A DNA stretch of 32,000 nt from Promethearchaeum syntrophicum (GTDB taxonomy: Archaea > Asgardarchaeota > Lokiarchaeia > Sigyniarchaeales > Promethearchaeaceae). The notes beneath the pieces were generated by a model. That model was not told the origin of the DNA. It made no database searches and was given only the letters and a program-made list of their open reading frames with translations. The DNA lies in NCBI RefSeq assembly GCF_008000775.2, contig NZ_CP042905.2, positions 2,520,001 to 2,552,000 on the forward strand. Direction: 5' to 3'. Numbering within the stretch: position 1 is the first letter of the stretch; every line of letters starts with the position of its first letter. The translations under genes and the position numbers were made by a program. Shown one piece after another: positions 10,362 through 20,419 of this stretch.

Positions 10362-11153
10362 TTATTTGTAAATTAACTTACCATATTCCTTAACGCCCAC
10401 TTCTTCTTTATAATTTTTTATTGCTTTCAACATAATTTTCAAGAACATCCATTGAAAAAATGCCCCAATTAACCGATTAAACAAATTAATTTTAGATTTA
10501 TAATAATATCCCTTATCTAACCATTCGTTCTTTTGCCAATGCACCAGATCATTTGGGAAAACAGTTTTAGCGAGAACTTTTTTTGTTTGGAATTTTATTA
10601 CTTGCTTTAAATTTGGATGATGATTTTTTGGATCTTGTTTAATAGCGGAGATAAATCGAGATAAAACAACCTTATTCTTTCTCATGTTAGTCGATCGTTT
10701 ACTCGCCCAAATATTACCAATAGGATGAGCCCCCCAATTCACCCCAACTATTGTTAGATATTTAAGAGTCATTTTAAGACCTGAACTCGATGTTGTAGAG
10801 AGTCCGATATAGGGTTTACCGGTTAATATAGGACTATGAGCCCATTTTACGGTTCTATCGATGAACATTTTCATTTTTCCACTTACATTGTTATTATAAA
10901 CAGGAGATGCGACAATGAGTCCATCTTTTTTCTCAATCAAATTGGTAATTCCCCGAAAATCATCATTGATAGCACATCCATCTCCTAACACGCAATTTTC
11001 ACAACCCTTACAATCTTTCAAATCTTTTTCATTGAGATGAATAATTTCTAAATTAATGCCGTTCTGATTTAGCTGTGATTCAAAAAATTTTAAGAGATTG
11101 TGTGTATTTCCATCTCGTTTCCCCCCCAAAAGTGCAACTACTTGCTTTTCCAT
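10362..11153 (-). CDS. Flavodoxin-like / NADPH-dependent FMN reductase family protein
   Basis: GGKRDGNTHNLLKFFE FMN-binding start, KDCKGCENCVLGDGCAINDD cysteine motif, GLIVASPVYNNNVSGKMKMFIDR. Confidence 0.88.
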   Translation of the reverse strand: MEKQVVALLGGKRDGNTHNLLKFFESQLNQNGINLEIIHLNEKDLKDCKGCENCVLGDGCAINDDFRGITNLIEKKDGLIVASPVYNNNVSGKMKMFIDRTVKWAHSPILTGKPYIGLSTTSSSGLKMTLKYLTIVGVNWGAHPIGNIWASKRSTNMRKNKVVLSRFISAIKQDPKNHHPNLKQVIKFQTKKVLAKTVFPNDLVHWQKNEWLDKGYYYKSKINLFNRLIGAFFQWMFLKIMLKAIKNYKEEVGVKEYGKLIYK

Positions 11154-11453
11154 TCTTATAATCCCTTATTATGTAAGATAACATATTTTAATAGAATTTT
11201 TGTGATTTATATAGGAAGTTCCAAAGAAGATTCAATAAACCACAAAATCCAAGATAATGTAATTTTCTCCATTATAATTAAATTTAGATAGTTATAAAGA
11301 AGTAAATATACTAATCTATCAAAATTTAACAACTTTTTGACTTTAAATACCCTTTTATTGAAGTATGAACGAAAGTTTTCACACTTACGCCAGTTCTATA
11401 AGAAAATGGTAAACCATAGAAACAAAGAAAATAATAAAAAAATTGAATTAATT

Positions 11454-12659
11454 TTATTCTTTTAAACCAAAGATCTCAGTAACTAAAGGCGCAATGTGAA
11501 TTTTACGAGTATCTCCGTTGAAATTATCCAAATCTGGATGATCTAATTCTATTCTTTCCACTAAATCTTCTAATAATGAATGGTAAACTCCTAGGTTTTC
11601 TTCAGCCAATAATAAGCATAGAGCGACATGTCCTTGCTTAAAAACTAGAGATTTTGAGCCAATTTCGATATTCTCAAGCTTTCCTTTATCACCAGAAATT
11701 TCAGCGAGCATGCCTTTAATTCCCACTAATCCGCCAGCAACAAGATCAGAATTTGGTCTTTCTGATTCTGGGATTGTTACGGTAGCTTTTACATCACCGT
11801 TTAAAGCACCTTCTTTTAGTTCTGCAAAAGATTTGTAATATAAAGAAATACCAGTTTCAGCTATAATAACATGCATTTCAATCATACCAGATTTCCAAGC
11901 AAATTCATCATATGAAGGGATCGAGAGGAAGAAATGTCGCATTACAATAAATCCTATTAATTCAATTAATATACCAATTGGATACAACCATCTATCTTCT
12001 GATCGTTGTGAGATCTCAAGAGCACCTCCAATTCCAGCAATAACAATTCCTACAATCCCTAGTAAAACTTGATTTCTAACTTTCTTTTGTGGAGCTAATT
12101 TTACAACAAGAATATAAACCAATCCAAAGAAATCAATAAACGCGAATATACCAATTACTAAAGCGATTGGGATCATTGCTCCAGATGAAATTGAGACATT
12201 AACTGCCGTAGGATCATTTCCTACAACGAAGACGAGAACAAACATATAAATAATTGAGATTGTTCCAATTATGGCAGCTATATATGCAATAAATTTCTTA
12301 TTTTTGGCCAAAATTAACAAACACACATACCCAATGGGTATTATCATTAAGAGAATTAGAAAATACTGCAAGGGTACTAACCAAAGTAAATTATAGCCTT
12401 GTGATTCAAAATCGCCTTTAAAGAAATAATTAATAGTAGCTGGAAACGTATATAGAGCATAGCCAATCATCGCAACTGCTATAATGAAAAAGATCATATA
12501 TGCAGGATCTCCACGTCGCGTGGTTTTGTCGGTTGTTGCATATCTAGTTAGCAAATCCCAACCGAATAAAAGTAAAAGCAGAATAAACATGCCATACATT
12601 AATAGAACTAACGATTCAATAGTCGTAAAATCATGGTTTAGGTTTTCAATAAATATCAT
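11454..12659 (-). CDS. Multi-pass membrane protein with C-terminal cytosolic longin/roadblock-like domain
   Basis: 401 aa ORF. About 7 hydrophobic segments (residues ~20-270), then a soluble domain VIIAETGISLYYKSF...NSDLVAGGLVGIKGMLAEISGDKGKLENIEIGSKSLVFKQGHVALCLLLAEE. Domain call by pattern only. Confidence 0.6.
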   Translation of the reverse strand: MIFIENLNHDFTTIESLVLLMYGMFILLLLLFGWDLLTRYATTDKTTRRGDPAYMIFFIIAVAMIGYALYTFPATINYFFKGDFESQGYNLLWLVPLQYFLILLMIIPIGYVCLLILAKNKKFIAYIAAIIGTISIIYMFVLVFVVGNDPTAVNVSISSGAMIPIALVIGIFAFIDFFGLVYILVVKLAPQKKVRNQVLLGIVGIVIAGIGGALEISQRSEDRWLYPIGILIELIGFIVMRHFFLSIPSYDEFAWKSGMIEMHVIIAETGISLYYKSFAELKEGALNGDVKATVTIPESERPNSDLVAGGLVGIKGMLAEISGDKGKLENIEIGSKSLVFKQGHVALCLLLAEENLGVYHSLLEDLVERIELDHPDLDNFNGDTRKIHIAPLVTEIFGLKE

Positions 12660-12814
12660 CTTATATTTCTCCTAAAATTTCATATATTTGAATATAATAT
12701 CGTTAATACAACTTAAATAGTTTAAGTTTAATTTTTTCATCCAATCTTTAAGCAAATTGGAAATATTCTAATTTCAACAATTCTGTATTAAAAAAAAAAA
12801 TAAGAAAATAAACG

Positions 12815-13069
12815 CTATTCAAACCTATATCCGCATGTATCTTTAGTAAGATGTTCATTTTTATTTCTTGGATATATTCTACAGTTCATTGGGCGTATTA
12901 GGTAGATTATACAACGAGATTTATGATTTTTATCATATCTAAGAAATGGACACACATTTGGAAGTTTGCAACAAGCACCACATCGCAGACATTCACCAAC
13001 TCTACTTTTATCTCTCGGAAGAAATGCAGTAAAGCACCTTATAAATCTCCCATACCAATTGTTTTTCAT
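12815..13069 (-). CDS. YkgJ-type cysteine cluster protein
   Basis: 84 aa ORF with GECLRCGACCKLPNVCPFLRYDKNHKSRCIIYLIRPMNCRIYP. Confidence 0.8.
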   Translation of the reverse strand: MKNNWYGRFIRCFTAFLPRDKSRVGECLRCGACCKLPNVCPFLRYDKNHKSRCIIYLIRPMNCRIYPRNKNEHLTKDTCGYRFE

Positions 13070-13081
13070 AATCTCACTATC

Positions 13082-14440
13082 TTACTTGCATTTTTTTCTG
13101 GCTACATTTACCGCAACTAAAATAGGGTCCCAAGCCGGAGCGAATGGTGGTGCATATGCTAAATCTAATTGTTGAATATCTTCAATCTTCATCCCCATAC
13201 TTAAAGCGGTAGCAAAAACATCAATTTTCTTAGCACCTAAAGAACTTGGTGCAGTAATCTCTGCACCCAAAAGCAAATGAGTATCTGGATCAAAACGAAG
13301 CAGAATTGACATTTTTTTAGCGCCGGGATAGTAGTGGGCAAGTTCATTAATTGTAATTAAAGAAGTTTGAACATTATACCCCATCTTTTTTGCATTATCA
13401 TCAGATATACCAGTTTGGGCACAATATAGATCATATACTTTAAAAACCGCAGTACCAACAATACCCAAAAACGGATCTGCCTTGTTACCTGCAATATGAG
13501 TCCCTGCTAATCTACCTAATCTATTAGCTGCTGGTGCAAGAGGTGAATAGACTTCTTTTTTTAATAATCTATTATAAGCTGTAGCGCAATCTCCGGCAGA
13601 ATAGACATTTTCAATATTTGTTCGACAAAACTCGTCAATTATTATTGCACCATTACTTAACATATCCAATTTCGTATTTTTAAATATATCTGTTGCAGGA
13701 ACGACACCAATCGAAAGTTGAACTAAATCAGTTTCAATTTCTTCTCCATCTACCAGAATAACTTTCAATTTTTCATCAGATATCGATTTGATTGAGTTTA
13801 CTCGTTTTTTGAGAATAATTTTTACTCCATGCAATTCTAACTCTTTTCGGATAAAATCTTGACTCTCTGAACGGAAATTAAGTCTTGGACCAACTAATGT
13901 TAAATTTTTAACTCCTTGTGCTTCATAAGCTTCCAACATTTCAAGACCAATATATCCTCCACCAATAATAACTGCAGAATTAATTTTTGTAGTGGTTAAG
14001 AAATCTTTTAATCTTTTTGCATGACCTAAAGTATGTACTTTGAAAACTCTTGGATGGTCAAGATTGCTTTCGCTTGAAATTTTCGATATATTTGATTTTC
14101 CTCCAGTAGTAATCACAAGATAATCATAATTTTCTTTTAATTCATTTCCGGATTTGATATCTACTATTAATACTTCTTTATTTTCAAAATCAACAGTTTT
14201 TACTTCATGGAAAAGATGAATGGGGATTTTTCTTTTAGTTTCCATCTTCTCTTTTGTCAAAGTTATTAACGAATCTAATGATTTAACATCATCAGATACA
14301 TAATAAGGTATTCCACAAGATCCATAAGAAATGTACTGGTCTTTCTCATAAACATCGATTTGCCAATCTTTATGAGTTTTTCTAATTGCACTCGCTGCAG
14401 AAAGACCTGCAGCATTGGCTCCAATGACAATAATTTTCAT
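13082..14440 (-). CDS. FAD/NAD(P)-dependent disulfide oxidoreductase, CoA-disulfide reductase / NADH oxidase-like
   Basis: GANAAGLSAASAIRK FAD motif, SYGSCGIPYYVSDDV single redox cysteine, VIIGGGYIGLEM, NVYSAGDCATA. Confidence 0.9.
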   Translation of the reverse strand: MKIIVIGANAAGLSAASAIRKTHKDWQIDVYEKDQYISYGSCGIPYYVSDDVKSLDSLITLTKEKMETKRKIPIHLFHEVKTVDFENKEVLIVDIKSGNELKENYDYLVITTGGKSNISKISSESNLDHPRVFKVHTLGHAKRLKDFLTTTKINSAVIIGGGYIGLEMLEAYEAQGVKNLTLVGPRLNFRSESQDFIRKELELHGVKIILKKRVNSIKSISDEKLKVILVDGEEIETDLVQLSIGVVPATDIFKNTKLDMLSNGAIIIDEFCRTNIENVYSAGDCATAYNRLLKKEVYSPLAPAANRLGRLAGTHIAGNKADPFLGIVGTAVFKVYDLYCAQTGISDDNAKKMGYNVQTSLITINELAHYYPGAKKMSILLRFDPDTHLLLGAEITAPSSLGAKKIDVFATALSMGMKIEDIQQLDLAYAPPFAPAWDPILVAVNVARKKCK

Positions 14441-14504
14441 ATTTTTTTCTCCTTTAAAAAATCAATTTTCAGACAAATAAATGAAAAACATAATCAAAAA
14501 AAAT

Positions 14505-14984
14505 CTATCTATTAGAAAAATTTATCCTATATGTGTTTTTTATTTTGGTTTTAACAGAATTTGCTATGGGACATCTTTTTTCTGCAATTTCTAAAACTTT
14601 CATAGCTTTTCTCTCATTTTTTTCCATACCCTTTGGAAGAGTTAATGTTATATTCAGAGAAATCTCAGTCATCATTTTTACATCATCAAGAACATCCATT
14701 AGGCCTGATGCAGAAATATCTATATTTTCATACTGTAAATTTGAATTCTGTGAAACTACACTAAATGTGGTAAAGAAACATCCTGTGATTGCAGCCATAT
14801 ACATATCTTCAGGGGTATATGTAAGAGTATTTTTATTTTCATCATATAATCCCCCATATTCTGGAGGCAATTGCAGAGTAATTCTCGGTAACATTTTACT
14901 CACCGATATTTTACAAGTTTTTTCAAAATTATTCTCTTTCTCGAGATCCTTATCGGTTTGAAATAGATCTAATTTAAATTCCAT
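14505..14984 (-). CDS. OsmC family protein
   Basis: 159 aa ORF with MYMAAITGCFFTTFSVVS and KVLEIAEKRCPIANSVK, the two characteristic cysteines of the OsmC/Ohr fold. Confidence 0.83.
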   Translation of the reverse strand: MEFKLDLFQTDKDLEKENNFEKTCKISVSKMLPRITLQLPPEYGGLYDENKNTLTYTPEDMYMAAITGCFFTTFSVVSQNSNLQYENIDISASGLMDVLDDVKMMTEISLNITLTLPKGMEKNERKAMKVLEIAEKRCPIANSVKTKIKNTYRINFSNR

Positions 14985-15112
14985 TTGTTTTCACCCTTTT
15001 ATTTTTTCAAAATAACACGGACATATTACAGATAATTATTATTTTGAAAGTTAAATAATAAGTAAATTGGATGATCATTTCCAAATAAAAAATATGGAAC
15101 AATGTCGATAAA

Positions 15113-16042
15113 ATGAAATTGTCTGAAACTTTCTCTGATTTCTTAATTGCAAAGGAAATTGAAGAGGGGTGTTCATCTTCAACAATTCGAGCATATTCTT
15201 ATGATTTAAAGATATTAGAGCGAGAATTAGGAGATCCTCATTTAAACAGTATTAAGATTTTTCATATTCGGAAAGTTCTAAAAATATTTTTTGATAAAAA
15301 ATATTCAAAACAAGCCATCGCCAGGAAAATCGCTTGCTATAAAAGTTTCTTCAATTTTTGCTATGAAAATGAACTGATATCTAAAAACCCAATGAAAGCG
15401 GTAAAAAGTCCTAAAATTCGACCTGAAGAGTCTTTACCAAAGTTTCTCTCACAACAAGAAGTAAGAGATATATTAAGTTTTTTAGAGGAAAATAAAAAAA
15501 TTCCTTATACGAGCAGAATAAGATTGACAATTATTATTCGTCTTCTTTACGCATCTATGGCACGAGTTAGCGAAATTAGTGCCTTGAAAGTATTTGATGT
15601 AAATTTCGATCAAAATCTTATTAAAGTTAGAGGAAAAGGAAATAAAGAAAGATATATCCCAATTGATTTACAGACAGCAAAATTACTTAGAATTCAAATA
15701 GAAAATCAATCTGTAATAAATAAAGATAAAAGCTCCTACTTATTTCTAAATAATCGAGGAACCCAGTTAAAACCAAGATCGATTCAACAAGATATACAAA
15801 ATTTGAAATTCTTATTAGGCTATTCAAATGATAAGAAATTGACACCTCATATCTTTAGGCATACAGGAGCAACCCATCTAAGACAAAATGGGATGGATAT
15901 TAGTGAATTGCAAGATATTCTTGGACATAGTAGCCCTAATACAACAAAAATTTATGCCAAAAACGATTTAAATAGATTAAAAAAGTCCTATATACATTAC
16001 CATCCTTTAGAGATAAGTAATGATGGAAAAGAAAGTTTTTAG
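15113..16042 (+). CDS. Xer-type tyrosine recombinase/integrase
   Basis: 309 aa ORF. N-terminal SAM-like domain, and catalytic set R (MARVSEISAL), K (GKGNKERYIPI), HIFRHTGATHL, LGHSSPNTTKIYAK. Confidence 0.92.
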   Translation: MKLSETFSDFLIAKEIEEGCSSSTIRAYSYDLKILERELGDPHLNSIKIFHIRKVLKIFFDKKYSKQAIARKIACYKSFFNFCYENELISKNPMKAVKSPKIRPEESLPKFLSQQEVRDILSFLEENKKIPYTSRIRLTIIIRLLYASMARVSEISALKVFDVNFDQNLIKVRGKGNKERYIPIDLQTAKLLRIQIENQSVINKDKSSYLFLNNRGTQLKPRSIQQDIQNLKFLLGYSNDKKLTPHIFRHTGATHLRQNGMDISELQDILGHSSPNTTKIYAKNDLNRLKKSYIHYHPLEISNDGKESF

Positions 16043-16482
16043 AAATCCAATGAATCTATCGAAAATGTTTTAGATTCTTTTTCATAATTCATCAAAAATT
16101 CCGCGGTATTAGTCCAAACTTCGATTCTGGTCAAGATATCTTCGTTATTACAAGGTAAGAGTAAAATATCATCATAAAGATATCTTTCAGAATTGTCCAT
16201 ATTTTTAAAGTATTTTTTAAGACATAAACCAATTATTGGAACTTCTTGGAAAATATTCTCATTATGGATTTTTTTAATTAATTTTGAATTACGAATCCAT
16301 GGTTGATCTGAGTTTATTATTATAAGCATTACATTTTCGTACATTCTAATGTATTGTAGTGAAATTTCTTGTTGAATTCTTATCAAATGGTATTTTTTTT
16401 GAAGATATAATTGTAAAATATCATTTAATGAAGATTCCACTCCAAAAGTTATAATTATTGGAGTATTTTCGGAGCATTCCAC
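16039..16482 (-). CDS. Degenerate response-regulator receiver-like protein
   Basis: 147 aa ORF with CheY-like pattern VMLIIINSDQP...NSKLIKKIHNENIFQEVPIIGLCLKKY...YDDILLLPCNNEDILTRIEVW. Confidence 0.5.
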   Translation of the reverse strand: MECSENTPIIITFGVESSLNDILQLYLQKKYHLIRIQQEISLQYIRMYENVMLIIINSDQPWIRNSKLIKKIHNENIFQEVPIIGLCLKKYFKNMDNSERYLYDDILLLPCNNEDILTRIEVWTNTAEFLMNYEKESKTFSIDSLDF

Positions 16483-16621
16483 GATTAATTTTAATTTATT
16501 ATAATTATAAATGTTTTTATTGGGTTTAATAAATAAGAAATAAAAATGAGAAGAAAATATTATTAAAAAAAAAGATCAGAAAGATAAAAAAAAATAGATT
16601 TGGTGTGTGATTATAATGAAA

Positions 16622-16996
16622 TTAGAGATCAATGATTAGATGCAATAACTCTTCCAAATTTTTCGAACTTGATGGTGGTTTTATTTTAAAGTTATAATGT
16701 TTTATGTAAATTTTTTCCCCTGTTTCATAGAAATGCAAATCAGATAGAGCATTATAATACTGATCTGAATTATTATTTAAAAATTGAAATGTGGTTTTCA
16801 TTATTTCAACCGCCAATATTCTCTCTCCGGCTAAAAAAGCAAATCTTGCAGCATGTCTTAAAGCTGTAATCACTTGAGATTGATTCTTATTCTTATTTTT
16901 TTGAGCTTTTGTTAGCATTGCTTTAATTTGATTTTTCCAATATTGATTTTCCTTAACAAATTTTTCATTTTTTATAAAGTGATTTTCACTTAGCAT
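16622..16996 (-). CDS. Hypothetical helical protein
   Basis: 124 aa ORF in an otherwise empty stretch with archaeal-like amino acid composition. No recognised motif. Confidence 0.5.
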   Translation of the reverse strand: MLSENHFIKNEKFVKENQYWKNQIKAMLTKAQKNKNKNQSQVITALRHAARFAFLAGERILAVEIMKTTFQFLNNNSDQYYNALSDLHFYETGEKIYIKHYNFKIKPPSSSKNLEELLHLIIDL

Positions 16997-17228
16997 TTAC
17001 ATACCCCCAATATAGAAAAAAAGTATTAATTTCTAACATATAAATTCACCAAAATGGAGTATTTAAGTTTTATAGAAAAAATCTTCGCTTTCAGGCCATA
17101 ATCTATAAAATTTCTCCGCAATTTGAAACTAAAAGTTATTTTTAGATCACCTTTAAATATAACAATTCCGTGAAAAGAATAATTAAAAAATTTCATATGG
17201 AAATTAAAAATAAAAAAATGATGCTATT

Positions 17229-17483
17229 TTGAGTGCAAACAATATATCTTCCAAGAAAATTGAGGATTTAGCATATAAGATATCCCAAAAAGATTTAACA
17301 TATGATCAATTTGTCTGGAAACTAGCAAAGAATACTTTAAAACTGGAAAATGGAATTGACCCTGATCAAGATTTAATTCGAGAAATCGCTCAAGCAATTA
17401 ATAATCAGCATTTATCTTTAGAGAAATTGCATTGGTTAATTGCAGAGAAAATCTTGTTGTATAAAAACAAATTTGATTATTAG
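17229..17483 (+). CDS. Small hypothetical helical protein
   Basis: 84 aa ORF with TTG start (GTG at 17233 is in another frame), acidic/hydrophobic amphipathic pattern. No family recognised. Confidence 0.45.
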   Translation: MSANNISSKKIEDLAYKISQKDLTYDQFVWKLAKNTLKLENGIDPDQDLIREIAQAINNQHLSLEKLHWLIAEKILLYKNKFDY

Positions 17484-17533
17484 ATATTAGAGCCTTTAAA
17501 CTCAGCAATATTTAAAAAATAGGAGGGATTATA

Positions 17534-18145
17534 ATGTATATTTGCATTTCTGCTAATAAAGCTTCAATAATTCAAATGGAAATCATAGATTTTTACAAAG
17601 AATCAAGAAAAGTGGTATTTAATCTTGATAAAAAACGTGATTATAATAAAGCGATAAGAACTCTAACACCTAAAGGACTCAAAAAAAGAAAAAGGAAAAA
17701 AAACAAGAGAAATGAAAAGCTAATTCAAAGAACAATAACAGAAACTATAGATTCATTTTTAAATATCGATTTACCGAAAATTAAACCTAAAGAATATCTA
17801 AAAACAAACAAAAAAATTGAGAATAGTAAATATCAAAATATTATTGAAGAAATTCTAATCCAACAATTTGGATCAGGGGGAAATCTTGAAGTTATTTGCC
17901 CATTCTGCCAAGATACGATTAATTTTGAATATTTCAATTTAGATGATAGAAAAAATATAGCAATGCGAATTTGTTCTTGTGATGCAATTACTCGAATCAG
18001 TGTTCGAGGATTTAATAAAAAGATTTTCTCAGATATTGGGATTTCGCCAGATTTGTTTAATAAATATGGTCAAAAAACTGAGAATGATATTCAAGATGAA
18101 TTCGGTAACAGAATTTTTACATATGCCTTTAAAATCCTAAATTAA
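17534..18145 (+). CDS. Hypothetical protein with a putative Cys4 zinc-binding site
   Basis: 203 aa ORF with ICPFCQDTIN...MRICSCDAIT and a basic N-terminal half (KGLKKRKRKKNKRNEK). Confidence 0.6.
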   Translation: MYICISANKASIIQMEIIDFYKESRKVVFNLDKKRDYNKAIRTLTPKGLKKRKRKKNKRNEKLIQRTITETIDSFLNIDLPKIKPKEYLKTNKKIENSKYQNIIEEILIQQFGSGGNLEVICPFCQDTINFEYFNLDDRKNIAMRICSCDAITRISVRGFNKKIFSDIGISPDLFNKYGQKTENDIQDEFGNRIFTYAFKILN

Positions 18146-18208
18146 TACTCCTTCGAAATTTCATAAAAAATCATAAATCTAATCCAGACAATTACCTTAA
18201 TAAAAATA

Positions 18209-19411
18209 ATGTCCTTACCGCCGAATATCTTAAATCGAATCATTCAAGAAAATAATGAGCGAGATGACTTAATTTTAGGAAAATTCGCATATCCGAATAA
18301 ATTGGCTAAAAGAAAACATGAAGAATCGCTTGATTATAGATCTATTTTTACTAGGGATGCAGATCGGATTATTCATAGCTTGTCTTTTGCACGTTATTTT
18401 GATAAAACCCAAGCTTTTTTCTGGGTTAATTCTGATATTCACCAACGCAGAATGTTACATGTTCAATTAGTTGCAAAAATTGCGCGAGAATTAGCGATTG
18501 TTTTAAATTTAAATCAAGATTTGGTTGAAGCAATTGCATTGGGTCATGATATCGGTCATGTTCCCTTTGGACATGATGGAGAAAAAATTTTAAGCAGACT
18601 GTGTAATAAACACGGGATTGGTGGATATTACCATAACTTAGGATCTATTCATTTTTTACAAGAAATCGAAATGCAAAATTTAACTCTCCCTGTAGTTGAT
18701 GGAATTCTATGCCACAATGGTGAAAAACACCATCGTATGTTATACCCTTCTCATATTGAACTTACTTGGGAAAATCATGAGAGAGAAATTCAAAAGTTAC
18801 TTGATAGTTCTGAAAAAAATATCTATCCTAAAACGTTAGAAGGGTCGTTAGTTCGTGTTGTGGATACTATTAGCTATATTTCTAGGGATATTTTAGATGC
18901 CGAGCATATGGGTCTATTAAAATTCAGTGATATACCTCAATCAGTTCAAAAAATATTAGGAAATACTAATCGTGGGATTATTAACTGTCTTATTTCAGAT
19001 TTAATTAAAAATTCTATCGATTGTAATTATATTGCATACAGTGAGGATGTTTTTAGTGCCTTAACCGAATTGTATTCGTTTAATTTAAATAGAATTTATC
19101 TCCATGAGGATAAGTTGCAACCTCTTAAAATAATTGAAAAAGCATTTGGAATTCTTTGGGATAAATATTATAATGATTTAACTCAAAAGAAAACCCAGTC
19201 AAAGATATTTGTAGATCACCTGGAATTGAATTTAAATCAAATCAAAACAAGGTTACCAAATATAAACTCTTTGGAAAAATATCCATATGCAAGACAAATG
19301 CCTGAAATAATAGTGCGCGATTTTCTCGCCGGAATGACAGATCAATATTTTTGGGAACTTGCAAGGGAAATTGATCCATCTTTAGTTTTTCACCCAGAAA
19401 CGGTTTATTAA
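18209..19411 (+). CDS. dgt: HD-domain deoxynucleoside triphosphate triphosphohydrolase (dGTPase-like)
   Basis: RDADRIIHSLSFARYFDKTQAFFW...RMLHVQLVAKIAREL...EAIALGHDIGHVPFGHDGEKIL...HNGEKHH: the H...HD...D arrangement and spacing of dGTPases. Confidence 0.88.
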   Translation: MSLPPNILNRIIQENNERDDLILGKFAYPNKLAKRKHEESLDYRSIFTRDADRIIHSLSFARYFDKTQAFFWVNSDIHQRRMLHVQLVAKIARELAIVLNLNQDLVEAIALGHDIGHVPFGHDGEKILSRLCNKHGIGGYYHNLGSIHFLQEIEMQNLTLPVVDGILCHNGEKHHRMLYPSHIELTWENHEREIQKLLDSSEKNIYPKTLEGSLVRVVDTISYISRDILDAEHMGLLKFSDIPQSVQKILGNTNRGIINCLISDLIKNSIDCNYIAYSEDVFSALTELYSFNLNRIYLHEDKLQPLKIIEKAFGILWDKYYNDLTQKKTQSKIFVDHLELNLNQIKTRLPNINSLEKYPYARQMPEIIVRDFLAGMTDQYFWELAREIDPSLVFHPETVY

Positions 19412-19530
19412 TTATCTTAAAATTCACACCAGTGGTTCGACTCGGAGAACGAATCGACTTACCCCTCAAACATTTGGTGGACGTTAGAGTTTTTAATAAA
19501 AAGATTGTAATCATCGTTTAATTAAAAAAT

Positions 19531-20349
19531 TTATTTCTTTGCATAGAGCATATATACTCCTGTGGCTGAAAATTTACCTTCTTTATCAGTAATTACGTTA
19601 AATCCTTTGCTTTTCAAAAGGGAAGTAATTTTTTCTAAAAGATTTTCACCACCTACAATATTTGTATGTACCTCCATTGCAATTTGTTTAATCAATTTCC
19701 AGTCGGATTCTGTTATACCTCGTAATATTTGCCACTCGTAATTTTCTGCATCCATCTTTAGAAAATCAATCGAGTTGACATTTGTTTCCTTAATGATGTC
19801 TGATAGAGGCCGAACTTTAATCGGGATTTTTACTCCTTTGAAAACATATTTATGGCCTAATTTAACAACTGTTTTTCTTAGAAATTTCGGTATAAATCGA
19901 GCTATTGGGCTTGTGATGGCCACAGTTTGATCCCAATTCTCAACAGAATTTTTTAATTCTAAATCAAAATCAATAGGGACTATTGCAGAGAGTGTAGTTG
20001 CTCGGGGATAATAGTTAATTTCAATAACCTTCTCAATATCTCCTAATCCAATATTATATTGATGAACTTCCCGTGTACTTGTTATAAATTCGAGATTTTT
20101 TTTTTGAATTTCAAAAACGTCTGGTACTGGCTCAAATGTATATATTTTTAGATTTTTTGCCTTTGTAGCAATAAAACGTGAAAAAATTCCCACATTTGCC
20201 CCTACATCAAATATAACATCCCCATCTTTTACTTTTATACCAAATTTTTCATACTCACGTTCATTAAATATCTCATTATAAGATTCAAGAGCAGAAATTT
20301 TATCAATATAATAGCAAGTTTCTCCATTTGGTAGTTTGCATGATTTCAT
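19531..20349 (-). CDS. FkbM family methyltransferase
   Basis: GDVIFDVGANVGIFSRFIATKAKNLKIYTFEPVPDVFEIQKKN and SIDFLKMDAENYEWQILRG. Confidence 0.9.
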   Translation of the reverse strand: MKSCKLPNGETCYYIDKISALESYNEIFNEREYEKFGIKVKDGDVIFDVGANVGIFSRFIATKAKNLKIYTFEPVPDVFEIQKKNLEFITSTREVHQYNIGLGDIEKVIEINYYPRATTLSAIVPIDFDLELKNSVENWDQTVAITSPIARFIPKFLRKTVVKLGHKYVFKGVKIPIKVRPLSDIIKETNVNSIDFLKMDAENYEWQILRGITESDWKLIKQIAMEVHTNIVGGENLLEKITSLLKSKGFNVITDKEGKFSATGVYMLYAKK

Positions 20350-20419
20350 ATTTAAAACCTTTATTTTTGACCCTTTATTTCAACTTTTTACAAATATAAT
20401 AATAATCCTATAGTTAGAT

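Noticed and set aside
12788-12804. A-rich run resembling a simple repeat or terminator
   Set aside because: In a genome this AT-rich, a short A-rich run with no stem is not meaningful.
15113-16042. Xer-type recombinase as the integrase of the carS island
   Set aside because: It lies more than 6 kb outside the direct-repeat-bounded interval, with several ordinary genes between, and looks like a chromosomal XerA-type protein. A role in trans cannot be excluded but is unsupported.
19421-19500. tRNA-like stretch with GGTTCGACTC (T-loop-like) and GC-richer composition than its surroundings
   Set aside because: No 5-bp T-arm stem forms around the TTCGACT loop on the plus strand, and no cloverleaf could be built on either strand. 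A tRNAscan-SE/Infernal run would settle it.
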